Assembly: GCA_946185585.1 (NCBI GenBank)
Contig: CAMHJP010000002.1
Span: 1 to 54,657, forward strand
Length of the DNA stretch: 54,657 nucleotides
From: an uncultured Bacillales bacterium
Lineage (GTDB): Bacteria; Bacillota_I; Bacilli_A; RFN20; CAG-826
Reading direction: 5' to 3'
This document shows, one piece after another, positions 1 through 10,039 of the stretch; position 1 is the stretch's first letter; every line of letters starts with the position of its first letter. The position numbers and the translations under genes are program-made. The notes beneath the pieces are model-generated. The model saw nothing but the letters and a program-made list of their open reading frames with translations. It did no database searches and was not told the origin of the DNA.

Positions 1-2
1 AA

Positions 3-629
3 GGCGGAAGTAAGTGTCGACTCTATGAAGGTTATGGTTTAACTGAAACTGTTTCACTCTTTAGTGTGAACACCAAATTTGTAAGTAAGGATGGAACAGT
101 TGGAAAAGCATTGAAGAATGTTTCATTCAAAGTTCTTGACGAAAGTCTTAATGAAGTTCCAGTTGGTCAAAATGGTGAACTCTATTGCACTGGTGACACA
201 TTAATGAATGGTTATCTTAACGCTAAAGATCCATTTGTCACCATTAATGGAGTGAAATATGTCTCAACTGGCGATAACGTCTATCAAGATGAAGAAGGAT
301 ACATTCATTTCAACCAACGTATCAAACGAATTGTCAAAATTAGCGGAATCCCAGTATTCCCTCATGAGGTTGAATACTGTGTTTCAACTTTAGATATTGT
401 TTATGAAGCCGCTGCGATCGGTGTCGAAGATGAACGCTTTGGCTCATTACTAAAACTTTATATTGTTTTAAATAAACACTATAATGGAACTGTAGAGGAA
501 GCTGAAAAGCTCATTAGGGAAGAAATTAAGAAAACAGTTAGCGTTTATGCTAATCCAAAAGAAATTATTTTCATTAAATCTCTACCTCATACCGAAGTCG
601 GAAAAGTGGATTTAAAACAACTTAAATAG
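3..629 (+). CDS. AMP-dependent synthetase/ligase (acyl-CoA synthetase-like), C-terminal part; 5' end outside window
   Basis: Frame is open from the window edge. Translation GGSKCRLYEGYGLTETV contains the adenylate-forming YGxTE motif, and the C-terminal domain ends ...PHTEVGKVDLKQLK. TAG stop at 627-629. Confidence 0.85.
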   Translation, partial: GGSKCRLYEGYGLTETVSLFSVNTKFVSKDGTVGKALKNVSFKVLDESLNEVPVGQNGELYCTGDTLMNGYLNAKDPFVTINGVKYVSTGDNVYQDEEGYIHFNQRIKRIVKISGIPVFPHEVEYCVSTLDIVYEAAAIGVEDERFGSLLKLYIVLNKHYNGTVEEAEKLIREEIKKTVSVYANPKEIIFIKSLPHTEVGKVDLKQLK

Positions 630-641
630 GAGGAAAGCAAA

Positions 642-788
642 ATGAAAGGACAAAAATACCTTTGTAAAGTGTGTGGACAATTAGTCACTCCAACACCTGC
701 CGGAACCTGCCCACTTTGTGGTGCTCCACGCGAAATGCTTGTCATGCAACGTGACAAAGATGACGAAGAGAACGATTTAAAGAAATAA
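642..788 (+). CDS. small zinc-ribbon / rubredoxin-like protein (48 aa), absent from the ORF track
   Basis: AGGAGG at 628-633 lies 8 nt before ATG 642. Product MKGQKYLCKVCGQLVTPTPAGTCPLCGAPRE... has CxxC-x12-CxxC and an acidic tail. The TAA stop overlaps the ATG of the next gene (TAATG). Confidence 0.6.
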   Translation: MKGQKYLCKVCGQLVTPTPAGTCPLCGAPREMLVMQRDKDDEENDLKK

Positions 789-2053
789 TGATTACATTAC
801 TTAAGAATGCCCGTATTCTCTCATTTAAGAATGATGAGATTATTGAAGGCGATATCGCTGTTACTGATAACAAAATTTCTTTCATTGGCAATCACTATGA
901 AGGTCAAACTCCAGACCGAGTAATTGATTGTGAAAAGAATCTTTTAATGCCGGGCTTTAAAGATGCACACGCTCATACTGCCATGGTTTTTGCACGAAGT
1001 GCAGCAGATGATCTTCCATTACATGATTGGCTCTATGAGACCATCTTCCCAATGGAAGCACAGTTCCAATCAAACGATATTTATCATTTAACTAAACTTG
1101 GTATTTTAGAATATTTAACTTCTGGAATTACTGCGGCGTTTGATATGTATTTCAATCCTCCTGAAATTATTCGTGCTAGTGAAGAAATGGGATTTCGAAC
1201 AGTTATTCTAGCAACATCTGATTCTGAACCTATTTCTCTATTAAGAGAAAGATACCTTGAACTAAATAAAGAAGGTTCATTAATCTCTTATCAACTTGGA
1301 ATTCACGCTGAATACACCACTAAACCAGAACGGATTAAAGCTGTTGCTGATTTAGCTAAAGAACTAAATGCTCCAACATTTACCCACGTTGGAGAAACCG
1401 AATCTGAAGTTCAAGGTTGTGTAGATAGATATGGCAAAACCCCATTATCTTATTTAGTTTCCCAAGGATTTTTCGCTAATGGTGGTGGTGCATTCCATTG
1501 TAACTACTTCACCGATGAAGAAATTGAACTCTGTAAGAAACTTGGAATTTACGTTGTAACTAACCCAGGTTCCAACGTTAAATTAGCCAGTGGTATCGCT
1601 CCACTTGTTAAATATCAAAACGCTGGTGTGAAGTTAGCCATCGGTACAGATGGTGCTGCTTCTAATAACAGCCTTGATATGTTTAAAGAAATGTATCTTG
1701 CTTCTGTTTTACAGAAGGTTAGTCGAAAAGATGCTGCGGCTATGGATGGATTTGATGTCTTAAAAATGGCGACAGTTGGTTCAGCTCATGCCATGGGTTT
1801 AAAAGATTGTGATGTTCTTGACGTTGGTAAATACGCCGACATCATCATGATTGATTTACAAAATCCAGCCATGCAGCCAATCCATAACATCGCGAAAAAC
1901 ATTGTCTATGCTGGAAGTAAAGATATTGTTAAAATGACGATGATTAATGGGAAGGTTCTCTACTTTGACCATAAGTTTTATGTCGATGAACCAATTAGCT
2001 CCATTTATGAAAATGCCCAGCGAATCACGGATAGATTAGGTAAAAAGCAATGA
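788..2053 (+). CDS. mtaD: metal-dependent amidohydrolase, MTA/SAH deaminase-like
   Basis: 421 aa with amidohydrolase motifs PGFKDAHAHTAM, THVGETESE and GTDGAASNN. Length and layout fit the ATZ/TRZ-MtaD family. Confidence 0.65.
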   Translation: MITLLKNARILSFKNDEIIEGDIAVTDNKISFIGNHYEGQTPDRVIDCEKNLLMPGFKDAHAHTAMVFARSAADDLPLHDWLYETIFPMEAQFQSNDIYHLTKLGILEYLTSGITAAFDMYFNPPEIIRASEEMGFRTVILATSDSEPISLLRERYLELNKEGSLISYQLGIHAEYTTKPERIKAVADLAKELNAPTFTHVGETESEVQGCVDRYGKTPLSYLVSQGFFANGGGAFHCNYFTDEEIELCKKLGIYVVTNPGSNVKLASGIAPLVKYQNAGVKLAIGTDGAASNNSLDMFKEMYLASVLQKVSRKDAAAMDGFDVLKMATVGSAHAMGLKDCDVLDVGKYADIIMIDLQNPAMQPIHNIAKNIVYAGSKDIVKMTMINGKVLYFDHKFYVDEPISSIYENAQRITDRLGKKQ

Positions 2054-2496
2054 TTTTTGATCAAAAAGAAATTGAAAAAGAAATTAAGAAAGCTAAGACC
2101 GGCGCTCTAGTTTTCTTCATCATTTCGATGTCGTTATTTGCCTTAGCCATCGGATTAATTATCACATCCATTATTATTGGATCAAAAAGCTCAGATGCCT
2201 GGTTTGTTTATGGCTATGGTGCTGGTATTTGTATGTCACTTGGCTTTACCTTCCTCATCTTAAGAAGTGTCTTCTTCATGTCGAAGATTAAATTCATTTT
2301 ATTCACCCAAGAACAAGAAAAAGCAATTAAGGAAGCTCAAGCATCCCAAGTGGTGGATGCTAAGCCAGTGGATTCATTTAAAGAAGAATCAACCCGCGAG
2401 AACAAACTTTATCAGCAATACGAAAACCTTTATAAACAAGGTTACATTACTGAGGAAGAACTCAAACAAAAAAGAAAAGAACTACTCGGTGAGTAA
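2050..2496 (+). CDS. membrane protein with C-terminal SHOCT-like motif
   Basis: 148 aa with two hydrophobic helices, then a charged linker ending YKQGYITEEELKQKRKELLG. The start overlaps the mtaD stop (ATGA). Confidence 0.6.
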   Translation: MIFDQKEIEKEIKKAKTGALVFFIISMSLFALAIGLIITSIIIGSKSSDAWFVYGYGAGICMSLGFTFLILRSVFFMSKIKFILFTQEQEKAIKEAQASQVVDAKPVDSFKEESTRENKLYQQYENLYKQGYITEEELKQKRKELLGE

Positions 2497-2514
2497 TTCC
2501 TAATCAACAAAATT

Positions 2515-2534
2515 AAAAGGCCTTAAGGCCTTTT
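2515..2534. terminator. bidirectional intrinsic terminator between convergent genes
   Basis: Perfect hairpin AAAAGGCC-TTAA-GGCCTTTT, flanked by an A-run and a T-run. Confidence 0.75.
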
Positions 2535-2538
2535 TCTT

Positions 2539-3618
2539 TTAGAAACGATATGTTGCAATTGGTAGATAAGTATCTAAGAATCTTTCAACACGAGGGAAGT
2601 AAGAAGAAGCACTCGCGGATTTACTCCAAGTTCCAATTGTTTCTGCTTCATTAAAGAAGAAGATATCATCTTTATTTACAGTAGTTCCTTCTAATGAACC
2701 TAATCCATTGAGATAAGTTAAATCGTTTAAGCGCGCATTTGAATAATAAGTGTTGGTCACTTTATATTCGTCTCCAACTTTTTCAACGAAGTCGTTAAAG
2801 GCAACTGCGCCAGAATGATAAGTGGTTTCAGTTTCTGTTCCACTGACAAGAAGGAATGTTGGAACAACACCTGCATCAAATCCGTATTTTGGATTGTTAT
2901 CAACGGTTAAACCATAATCTTTTTTAAAATCTTTCCATTCTTGTTCGTTAATGAGGTTTCCATCATCATCGTATTTACGAATGCAATCATCGCCATCAAG
3001 AACATAGAGAATCTCTTCTCTTTTTTCCATATATTCATATAAGAAATGAGAATTAATATAAGCACAATCTTCACAACGATTTCTGCCAAAGTAAATCAAG
3101 GATTTATTAGCGTTTTTATACATTTTTTCTAAGTCGCTAGGTACGACATAATACATGTTTGGTTTAGAGACGTATTGATCAATGTATTCAACAAACTTTT
3201 CTTTCTTTTCCATGACTTCGGTCGAAGAATTCGACGAAATAGATTGTTGGATTTGTCCTTTATTAAAAATAGAAAAGGATGTACTTCCGTTAACTAATTT
3301 AATTCCGTAGTCATTTTTTCCTTCAAAATCACTGACTTTCATATAGTAAAGAACTAGATGATTATCTTTAATGTAGTCTTCACTTGCTTTCATAAAATAT
3401 GAAAAGCAGGAACAACCCTTTGGATCACAGACTAAAAGGAATGATTCTTTGTATTCAATCATCTGGGTTAAACGAGCATAAGAAATTTCGTGATACTTTT
3501 GATGTGTAACTTCACCAAAGGTTAATTTGACCTTGTTATCTCCCTTTCCACAACTGGTTAAAGAGCCAAAAGTTAAACACATTAAAGGGATTAAAAATAG
3601 CTTCGAAACCTTTTTCAT
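2539..3618 (-). CDS. lipoprotein with thioredoxin-fold-like Cys motifs
   Basis: 359 aa. Signal peptide with lipobox FGSLTS|CGK. Motifs CDPKGCSC and RCEDC are present. TATAAT (reverse complement at 3626-3631) lies 7 nt upstream of the ATG and there is no SD. Confidence 0.65.
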   Translation of the reverse strand: MKKVSKLFLIPLMCLTFGSLTSCGKGDNKVKLTFGEVTHQKYHEISYARLTQMIEYKESFLLVCDPKGCSCFSYFMKASEDYIKDNHLVLYYMKVSDFEGKNDYGIKLVNGSTSFSIFNKGQIQQSISSNSSTEVMEKKEKFVEYIDQYVSKPNMYYVVPSDLEKMYKNANKSLIYFGRNRCEDCAYINSHFLYEYMEKREEILYVLDGDDCIRKYDDDGNLINEQEWKDFKKDYGLTVDNNPKYGFDAGVVPTFLLVSGTETETTYHSGAVAFNDFVEKVGDEYKVTNTYYSNARLNDLTYLNGLGSLEGTTVNKDDIFFFNEAETIGTWSKSASASSYFPRVERFLDTYLPIATYRF

Positions 3619-3791
3619 TGCCTACATTATAAAGTCAATCCCAAAAATATCAATTCTTTTAATAAAAGGGTGGTTAAAAAAATATGTAAAAAAATTATTT
3701 GTTTTTTAGATAAATAATGATATTGTTTTATCAACTTAAAAAACTTAAGTTTAATTCCGTTATTTATTGCTGATGGTTATGGAGGGTACTT

Positions 3792-5303
3792 ATGGCATCC
3801 GAAGAAGTAATTATTTCCTTAAATAATGTCGTAAAACAATTCGACGATTTTAAAGCGGTCGATAATTTTACGTTAGACATTAAAAAAGGACAATTTGTGA
3901 CCATTCTTGGTCCTTCGGGTTGTGGAAAAACAACCACTTTAAGAATGATTGGAGGTTTTGAACTACCAAGTTCAGGAACGATTCTCTTGAATAATCAAGA
4001 CATTACGTTATTACCTCCCTACAAACGACCAATTAACACAGTGTTCCAACGCTATGCGTTGTTCCCACACTTAAACGTTTATAATAACGTTGCTTTTGGT
4101 CTAAAACTCAAGAAAGTTGAGTACAAAAAAACAAACAAAAAAGGTGAAGAGGTCGTTAAACAACGTCATCTCACCACTCAAGAAATTGATGAACTAGTCT
4201 ATAAAGCTCTCGAAATCGTTGATCTAGAAGAACTGGAAGACAGAGACATCTCCACCCTTTCTGGTGGACAACAACAACGTGTCGCGATTGCTCGTTGTAT
4301 TGTTAACAAACCAGAAATCCTTCTTCTTGACGAACCTTTAGGCGCACTTGACCTCAAGATGCGTAAAGAAATGCAGATTGAATTAAAGGCCATGCACAAG
4401 CGTCTTGGAATGACATTTATCTATGTCACCCACGATCAAGAAGAGGCTTTAACAATGTCAGATATGATCGTTGTGATGAATGATGGTGTTATCCAACAAG
4501 TAGGAACACCAGAAGAAATCTATAATGAACCGGTGAACGCCTTTGTCGCTGACTTTATTGGAGAATCCAATATCTATAACGCTCTGATGACCGGAAAGAA
4601 AGTCATTAAATTCCTTGGACAAGAGTTTAAATGTTTAGATGACTACCCAATTAATGAACGTTATGACGTTGTCATTCGTCCAGAAGACATCGTCTTAGGT
4701 AAACCTGGTAAAGGCAAAGTTGATGGAGTCATTACCCAAAAAGTCTTTAAAGGTGTCCACTATGAATACGTCATCATGGTTGGTAAAAACGAAGTCATCG
4801 CTAAATCAACTGTCTCCTTTGATGAAGGACCAGTTTCGATTGATCTTAAACCAGATGGTATTCACGTCATGAAGAAAGATAACCTCTCGAATATCTTCAC
4901 TAATCTTGAAGTTAATAAAGATGACTCCGTTGATTTAAGCGATGGTTATCTTGATTTAGATTTAACTCAAATCATCAAAGATTCATCTAAAGATGAAGAT
5001 GGTTACATCGTCACCAAAGGTGGTAAGAAATTCGACTTCACTGGAGCGAAAGTCTCCATTGAAGTTCCACTTGATAAAGTTGAACTCACTGATGATACCG
5101 AAGCCGGTACATTAGTTGGTCGAATTATTTCTTCCATCTATCATGGTGACCATTATCAAATCGTCGTTCGTTGCGCCGAAGACGAAGATTTCATTGTTGA
5201 AACCGAATACACCTTTAATGAAGGTGAAGAAGTCGGTATCAAAGTTGATAAGAAAGATATCAAAGTTCGCTTAAAAGGATCTGTTGACGACTATGAAATT
5301 TAA
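3792..5303 (+). CDS. potA: spermidine/putrescine-type ABC transporter ATPase with extended C-terminus
   Basis: Walker A GPSGCGKTT, signature LSGGQQQR, Walker B LLLDEP and PotA-like TVFQRYALFPH. About 130 extra C-terminal residues resemble a second TOBE-type domain. Confidence 0.85.
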   Translation: MASEEVIISLNNVVKQFDDFKAVDNFTLDIKKGQFVTILGPSGCGKTTTLRMIGGFELPSSGTILLNNQDITLLPPYKRPINTVFQRYALFPHLNVYNNVAFGLKLKKVEYKKTNKKGEEVVKQRHLTTQEIDELVYKALEIVDLEELEDRDISTLSGGQQQRVAIARCIVNKPEILLLDEPLGALDLKMRKEMQIELKAMHKRLGMTFIYVTHDQEEALTMSDMIVVMNDGVIQQVGTPEEIYNEPVNAFVADFIGESNIYNALMTGKKVIKFLGQEFKCLDDYPINERYDVVIRPEDIVLGKPGKGKVDGVITQKVFKGVHYEYVIMVGKNEVIAKSTVSFDEGPVSIDLKPDGIHVMKKDNLSNIFTNLEVNKDDSVDLSDGYLDLDLTQIIKDSSKDEDGYIVTKGGKKFDFTGAKVSIEVPLDKVELTDDTEAGTLVGRIISSIYHGDHYQIVVRCAEDEDFIVETEYTFNEGEEVGIKVDKKDIKVRLKGSVDDYEI

Positions 5304-6075
5304 AAGGAAATACCTCGCGATTCCTTATGCGATCTTCTTGTCGCTATTCGTGATTATTCCAATCGGATTAATCATCTTTTACGCATTTACTGATGCTAGT
5401 GGTGCGCTTTCTTTTGATGCAGCGAAGAATTTCTTCACTAATAAAGGAAACTGGGATGTTCTTCTTGTTTCCCTCTTTATTGCATTAGAAGCCACACTAC
5501 TTTGTCTATTAATTGGTTTTCCAATCGCTTATTTCCTCGCGAACAAGAAATACAACAAAAACGCTGTTCTTGTGATGCTCTTTATTATGCCAATGTGGAT
5601 TAACTTTGTTCTTAGAACAACAGCCACACGTGACATCCTTTTTGCGATTGGAATTAACGGTGGTAACTATCCTTACCTCGCTACTTTAATTGGTATGGTT
5701 TATAACTACTTACCATTCGTTATTTTGCCACTATATACAACAATGCTAAAACTCGACAAGAGTCAAATCGAAGCCTGTGCGGATTTAGGCGCAAACCCAA
5801 CACAAGTCTTCTTTAAATCAATTCTCCCACAATCTTTGCCAGGAATTATCTCGGCTGTGACAATGACATTTGTTCCAGTTATGTCATCCTATGTTATTTC
5901 GGATGCATTATCGGAAGGAAACATTGCTTTAGTTGGTAACTTTATTTACCTGAACTTTGCGAATAACCAATGGAATAACGGCTCATTTATGGCCTTTGTC
6001 CTACTCATCTTGGTTGCAATCTCGATGTTTGCTACCAAAGGTGAAAAGGAAGAAACGAGAGGTGGATTATGGTAA
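5293..6075 (+). CDS. potB: ABC transporter permease
   Basis: Multi-TM protein with EAA-type loop EACADLGANPTQVFFKSILP. ATG 5293 is preferred over the track's upstream TTG 5284. Overlaps the potA stop. Confidence 0.8.
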   Translation: MKFKRKYLAIPYAIFLSLFVIIPIGLIIFYAFTDASGALSFDAAKNFFTNKGNWDVLLVSLFIALEATLLCLLIGFPIAYFLANKKYNKNAVLVMLFIMPMWINFVLRTTATRDILFAIGINGGNYPYLATLIGMVYNYLPFVILPLYTTMLKLDKSQIEACADLGANPTQVFFKSILPQSLPGIISAVTMTFVPVMSSYVISDALSEGNIALVGNFIYLNFANNQWNNGSFMAFVLLILVAISMFATKGEKEETRGGLW

Positions 6076-6923
6076 AGAAGATCCTCGCCCGTACTTATCT
6101 TTACATGATATTATTTATCATGTATCTTCCAATCTTGGTTTTAATTGCCTTTGCTTTTTCAAGTAACGACGTTATCTCCTTTAGCGGAAACTATAAATTC
6201 TCATTTGTTCTATTTGAAAATTTGTTCTCGAATACAAAAGTTGCCAAACAAATTTGGACAGCGATGGGAAACACCGTGATCATCGCGGTCATCTCATCTC
6301 TTATTTCCTTATTACTTGGTACATTAGGTGCCATTGGAACATTCTATCTTTCTAAAAGAAAGAAAAAAGCGGTGGAATTTGCGACCCAAATCCCAATCGC
6401 CAACGCTGAAATTGTTATTGCGCTTAGCTTAACAGTCATGTTTGTCTTCCTTGGAACCTATATTTTCAAAACCAAACTCTTTAGTTTCTGGACACTTTTA
6501 ATTGGTCATGTGGTCTTATCAATTCCATTTGTCTATTTAAACGTTAAACCAAAACTAACCCAGATGGATCCACATATCTATGAAGCAGCCTTAGACTTAG
6601 GCGCCACACCAAACAAAGCTTTAATGAAAGCGGTGGTTCCACAAATCGCTTCTGGTATGTTTAGTGGTTTCTTATTGGCCATGACACTCTCCCTTGACGA
6701 TTACATCGTCACCGAGTTTACTCGTGGTGCTGGTCTTCTTTCTGGAGACGCGGCAATTGAAACGCTATCCACCTTTATTCAAACAAGCTTAAAGAAACAC
6801 GCTGTTCCAGCTGAACTACGTCCTTTAACCTTATTTATCTTCTTATTTGTCTTAGCTGCTGTTCTTGGTTTATCGATTTATCGATATCATAAGGATAAGA
6901 AAGGAGTGAGAAAAGATGTCTAA
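6069..6923 (+). CDS. potC: ABC transporter permease
   Basis: Multi-TM protein with loop EAALDLGATPNKALMKAVVP. Overlaps the potB stop. Confidence 0.8.
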   Translation: MVKKILARTYLYMILFIMYLPILVLIAFAFSSNDVISFSGNYKFSFVLFENLFSNTKVAKQIWTAMGNTVIIAVISSLISLLLGTLGAIGTFYLSKRKKKAVEFATQIPIANAEIVIALSLTVMFVFLGTYIFKTKLFSFWTLLIGHVVLSIPFVYLNVKPKLTQMDPHIYEAALDLGATPNKALMKAVVPQIASGMFSGFLLAMTLSLDDYIVTEFTRGAGLLSGDAAIETLSTFIQTSLKKHAVPAELRPLTLFIFLFVLAAVLGLSIYRYHKDKKGVRKDV

Positions 6924-8712
6924 AAATAAATTTGCTCTTTTTGGTGCACTCCTTTTAGGAGCGATCTCCTGCGCTGGATGTTCTTCATCAAGTAAAGATA
7001 AGATCATCATCCGCGTTTTAAACTCTGCTGACTATATTTACGAAGCAGATGAAGAAGGAGTTTACTGCGAAGAATGTGGTGAATATCTTTCCGAAGACAA
7101 ATACACTTCATCTATTGATGAAGAAACAGGTGAAGTTACCTACACCTGTAACGAACATCCAGAAGCCGAAGTCTATTACGACTGCGACATGATGGAGCAG
7201 TTCGTCCGTTATATGGATGATCTATATAAAGATGAAGGACTTGAGTTTGAATATGTCTATGACACTTTCGACACTCCAGAAACCTGTTATAACGAAATGA
7301 TGACTGGTAAATCTAACTACGACATCGTTAACGTCTCTGATTACATGATTCAAAAGATGATGACGAATGATTTACTCCATCCTCTTTTTGAAAAAGATAA
7401 CGAGCATGACGCCGATATCAAACAAAGCTTAAGAGATAATCTTTCTGATTACCTCTGGGGTGAAGAAGAATCGATCTATAACAAGATTTACTGTAAGAAA
7501 GCTAATTATAAAGATGGTGAAGATCCATACGATTATGATAAAGGCGTTCTTGCTGACTACGCTGTCCCATACATGTGGGGAACAGTCGGAGTGATGTATA
7601 ACCCAGCCTTTAAAGGTTATCAACAATTCACCTTAGAAGAACTCCATGAAAAATTCACCTCTTGGGAAGCTCTTTATGATTCTTCCACGAAAGGATCATT
7701 CTCCATTAAAGACTCCGTTCGTGACGTCTATGCGGTCTCTATTATTCATGTCTATCATGATGAAATTGAAGCCTTAAAAGAGAAATATCACGTTGGTGAA
7801 ATTGATGAGGATTTGATTGGATTTAACCGAGAAATGACGGTGATTTTCAATCGTTGCGATGAAGAAACATTAAAGAAAATTAGCGCAGATATGAACAAGC
7901 TCAAAGACAACGCGTTTGGCTTTGAAGTTGACTCTGGAAAAACCGACATGGTCTCCGGAGAAAAGATCGGGGCTAACCTCGCTTGGAGTGGTGATGCCAC
8001 CTGGGCCATTTACGAAGCTCAAACCGAAAACGATGCGGAAATCTATTTCTCCGTCCCAGATGAAGGAACAAACATCTTCACAGATTCCTGGGCGATTCCA
8101 AAAGTCTCGAAAAACCATCAATATGCCTTAGACTTCATTGACTTTATGTGCCAAGAAGACCAAGCCATCGCGAACATGGATTACGTTGGTTATACCACCT
8201 CAACATCCACAGAAGGTATCTTAGAGTACATTCGTGACATGTATGATGTAAATGAATCTGGTGAAGACTTTACAGCTGAAGATTATCGTGAATACGACAT
8301 CCGTTACTTCTTTGAAGGAAGCATTGATGAAACTCCAGCTGATCCAGAAGCATATTGCTTAGATGACGCGATTCTTCAAGTTTGGACTCCAACAACCGAG
8401 TTAACCTATAAAGAAGAAATCGACGGCAAAATGACCACAATTCCATACGCTGTTTATGGACGAATGATTACCGCTCAGTTCCCTGAACAAAGTCAATTAC
8501 ACATGCTTTGCATGATGGATGACTATGGTAAATACAATCAATCTGTCATTGAGATGTGGCAACAAGTTCGTACAAACCCACTTCCATTATGGGCGATTAT
8601 TGTTCTTGCTGTACAAGTCTTAGCGGTGGTTGGCTTCATTGTTTATCTCATTATTGATAAGAAGAGATTTAATAAAGCCAAAGCTCGTCGAGTCATTTCC
8701 AAACAAAAGTAA
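6916..8712 (+). CDS. potD: polyamine-type substrate-binding lipoprotein, enlarged (598 aa)
   Basis: Lipobox LGAIS|CAGC. PotD/PotF-like blocks YAVPYMWGTVGVMYNP and DSWAIPK. Carries a Cys-rich insert and a C-terminal TM helix with a basic tail. Confidence 0.7.
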   Translation: MSKNKFALFGALLLGAISCAGCSSSSKDKIIIRVLNSADYIYEADEEGVYCEECGEYLSEDKYTSSIDEETGEVTYTCNEHPEAEVYYDCDMMEQFVRYMDDLYKDEGLEFEYVYDTFDTPETCYNEMMTGKSNYDIVNVSDYMIQKMMTNDLLHPLFEKDNEHDADIKQSLRDNLSDYLWGEEESIYNKIYCKKANYKDGEDPYDYDKGVLADYAVPYMWGTVGVMYNPAFKGYQQFTLEELHEKFTSWEALYDSSTKGSFSIKDSVRDVYAVSIIHVYHDEIEALKEKYHVGEIDEDLIGFNREMTVIFNRCDEETLKKISADMNKLKDNAFGFEVDSGKTDMVSGEKIGANLAWSGDATWAIYEAQTENDAEIYFSVPDEGTNIFTDSWAIPKVSKNHQYALDFIDFMCQEDQAIANMDYVGYTTSTSTEGILEYIRDMYDVNESGEDFTAEDYREYDIRYFFEGSIDETPADPEAYCLDDAILQVWTPTTELTYKEEIDGKMTTIPYAVYGRMITAQFPEQSQLHMLCMMDDYGKYNQSVIEMWQQVRTNPLPLWAIIVLAVQVLAVVGFIVYLIIDKKRFNKAKARRVISKQK

Positions 8713-8731
8713 TTCTCAATCAAATAACAAA

Positions 8732-8760
8732 AAAGTCCGATTCATTCGGACTTTTCTTTT
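8732..8760. terminator. intrinsic terminator after potD
   Basis: Hairpin AAAGTCCGA-TTCAT-TCGGACTTT followed by a T-rich run. Confidence 0.75.
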
Positions 8761-8763
8761 GTT

Positions 8764-8840
8764 TGGTCGGGATGACAGGATTTGAACCTGCGGCCTCTTC
8801 ATCCCAAATGAAGCGCGATACCAAGCTACGCTACATCCCG
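8764..8840 (-). tRNA. tRNA-Pro (anticodon TGG)
   Basis: The reverse complement folds as a cloverleaf: CGGGATG acceptor, anticodon arm CTTCA-TTTGGGA-TGAAG, T-loop TTCAAAT, encoded CCA. Confidence 0.9.
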
Positions 8841-8867
8841 AGAGCCTCTAGCGCTTTGGATAGAGGA

Positions 8868-8944
8868 TGGCGCGCCTGACACGGATCGAACGTGCAACCT
8901 CATGATTCGTAGTCATGTACTCTATCCAATTGAGCTACAGGCGC
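8868..8944 (-). tRNA. tRNA-Arg (anticodon ACG)
   Basis: Reverse complement GCGCCTG...CATGA-CTACGAA-TCATG...GCACG-TTCGATC-CGTGT-CAGGCGC-G-CCA. Confidence 0.9.
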
Positions 8945-8995
8945 ATTTCGCTTAAATATCTTAATCTTTTGAATTGAAATATTCAAGCAAACATT

Positions 8996-9069
8996 TGGAG
9001 GTTCCAGTCAGAGTTGAACTGACGCTCATTGAGTTGCAGTCAATTGCCTTACCACTTGGCTATGGAACC
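8996..9069 (-). tRNA. tRNA-Cys (anticodon GCA)
   Basis: Reverse complement GGTTCCA...ATTGA-CTGCAAC-TCAAT...TGGAACC-T-CCA. Confidence 0.9.
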
Positions 9070-9172
9070 AGCGGGAATTATCTTATCACTCAGTCGAGTA
9101 AATCTCAATAATATAATTGAAGAAATTATCGTATTATTTGCACTATTTGAAAGTGTGTGAAAAAATATCGCC

Positions 9173-10039
9173 ATGAAATTAGGAAACGAAAACCTTAAAG
9201 AAGTTTTTGTAGACGGAAGTAAAAACCACTTTTACGTCAAAGATGAATCCGTTAATCCAAGCGGTTCAGTAAAAGACATTCCGGTCTATTACATTCTTTC
9301 TTCTTTAAAAAAGGATGGTACGTTAACCAAAGAAAGTGTTGTGATTGAAGCAACAAGCGGAAATACCGGCATTGGTTTAGCCTATTTCCAAAAAGAATTT
9401 GGTTACAAAGCCATCATCGTTCTTCCAGCAAGTGCGTCACAAGGAAGGAAAGATCTCATAAAAAAATATGGGGCCACATTGGTGGAAGTTAATGGTGGTG
9501 GAATGAAAGCTTGTAAGGAAAAAGTCCAGCAATTACTGACTGAAATTCCTCACTCTTTCGAATTTAACCAGTTTAACCAGCCTCTCAATGTGGAATCACA
9601 TATTGTGATTACTGCTCCACAAATTGAAAAATCCCTACCAAATCCTGACTATATTTTTGCCGGAATTGGTACCGGAGGCACAGTTACTGGAATTTCTAGA
9701 TATTTCCATGATAAAGGAAACCCAGTGAAAGTCATTGGTGTTGAACCAACTGAATCTCCATTAATCACAAAAGGCACCGCAAATCCTCACAAAATTGAAG
9801 GAATTGGGGCAAACTTCATCCCTTCGATTTTCTCAAAAGATTATTTAGCGGATGTTGTGACTGTTTCGTATCCAGAAGCATTAGAAGGAGCAAAAATCCT
9901 GCACAAACAAGGTTACTTTGTTGGAGTTAGTGCTGGCGCTGCTTTAAAAGCTGCGTATAATTATAGCGTTAGCCATAATCTTACTAACAAAAAGATTGTG
10001 GTGATACTTCCAGACAAAGGAGACCGCTATCAATGGTAG
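9173..10039 (+). CDS. cysK: cysteine synthase (O-acetylserine sulfhydrylase)
   Basis: PLP-lysine region NPSGSVKD, glycine loop TSGNTGIGLA and GIGTGGT motif. 288 aa. Confidence 0.85.
   Translation: MKLGNENLKEVFVDGSKNHFYVKDESVNPSGSVKDIPVYYILSSLKKDGTLTKESVVIEATSGNTGIGLAYFQKEFGYKAIIVLPASASQGRKDLIKKYGATLVEVNGGGMKACKEKVQQLLTEIPHSFEFNQFNQPLNVESHIVITAPQIEKSLPNPDYIFAGIGTGGTVTGISRYFHDKGNPVKVIGVEPTESPLITKGTANPHKIEGIGANFIPSIFSKDYLADVVTVSYPEALEGAKILHKQGYFVGVSAGAALKAAYNYSVSHNLTNKKIVVILPDKGDRYQW

Noticed and set aside
2267-2503. 78-aa alternate-frame ORF overlapping the SHOCT-motif gene.
   Set aside because: It lies entirely within the better-supported 2050-2496 frame, has a Lys/Asn-rich low-complexity translation and no SD.
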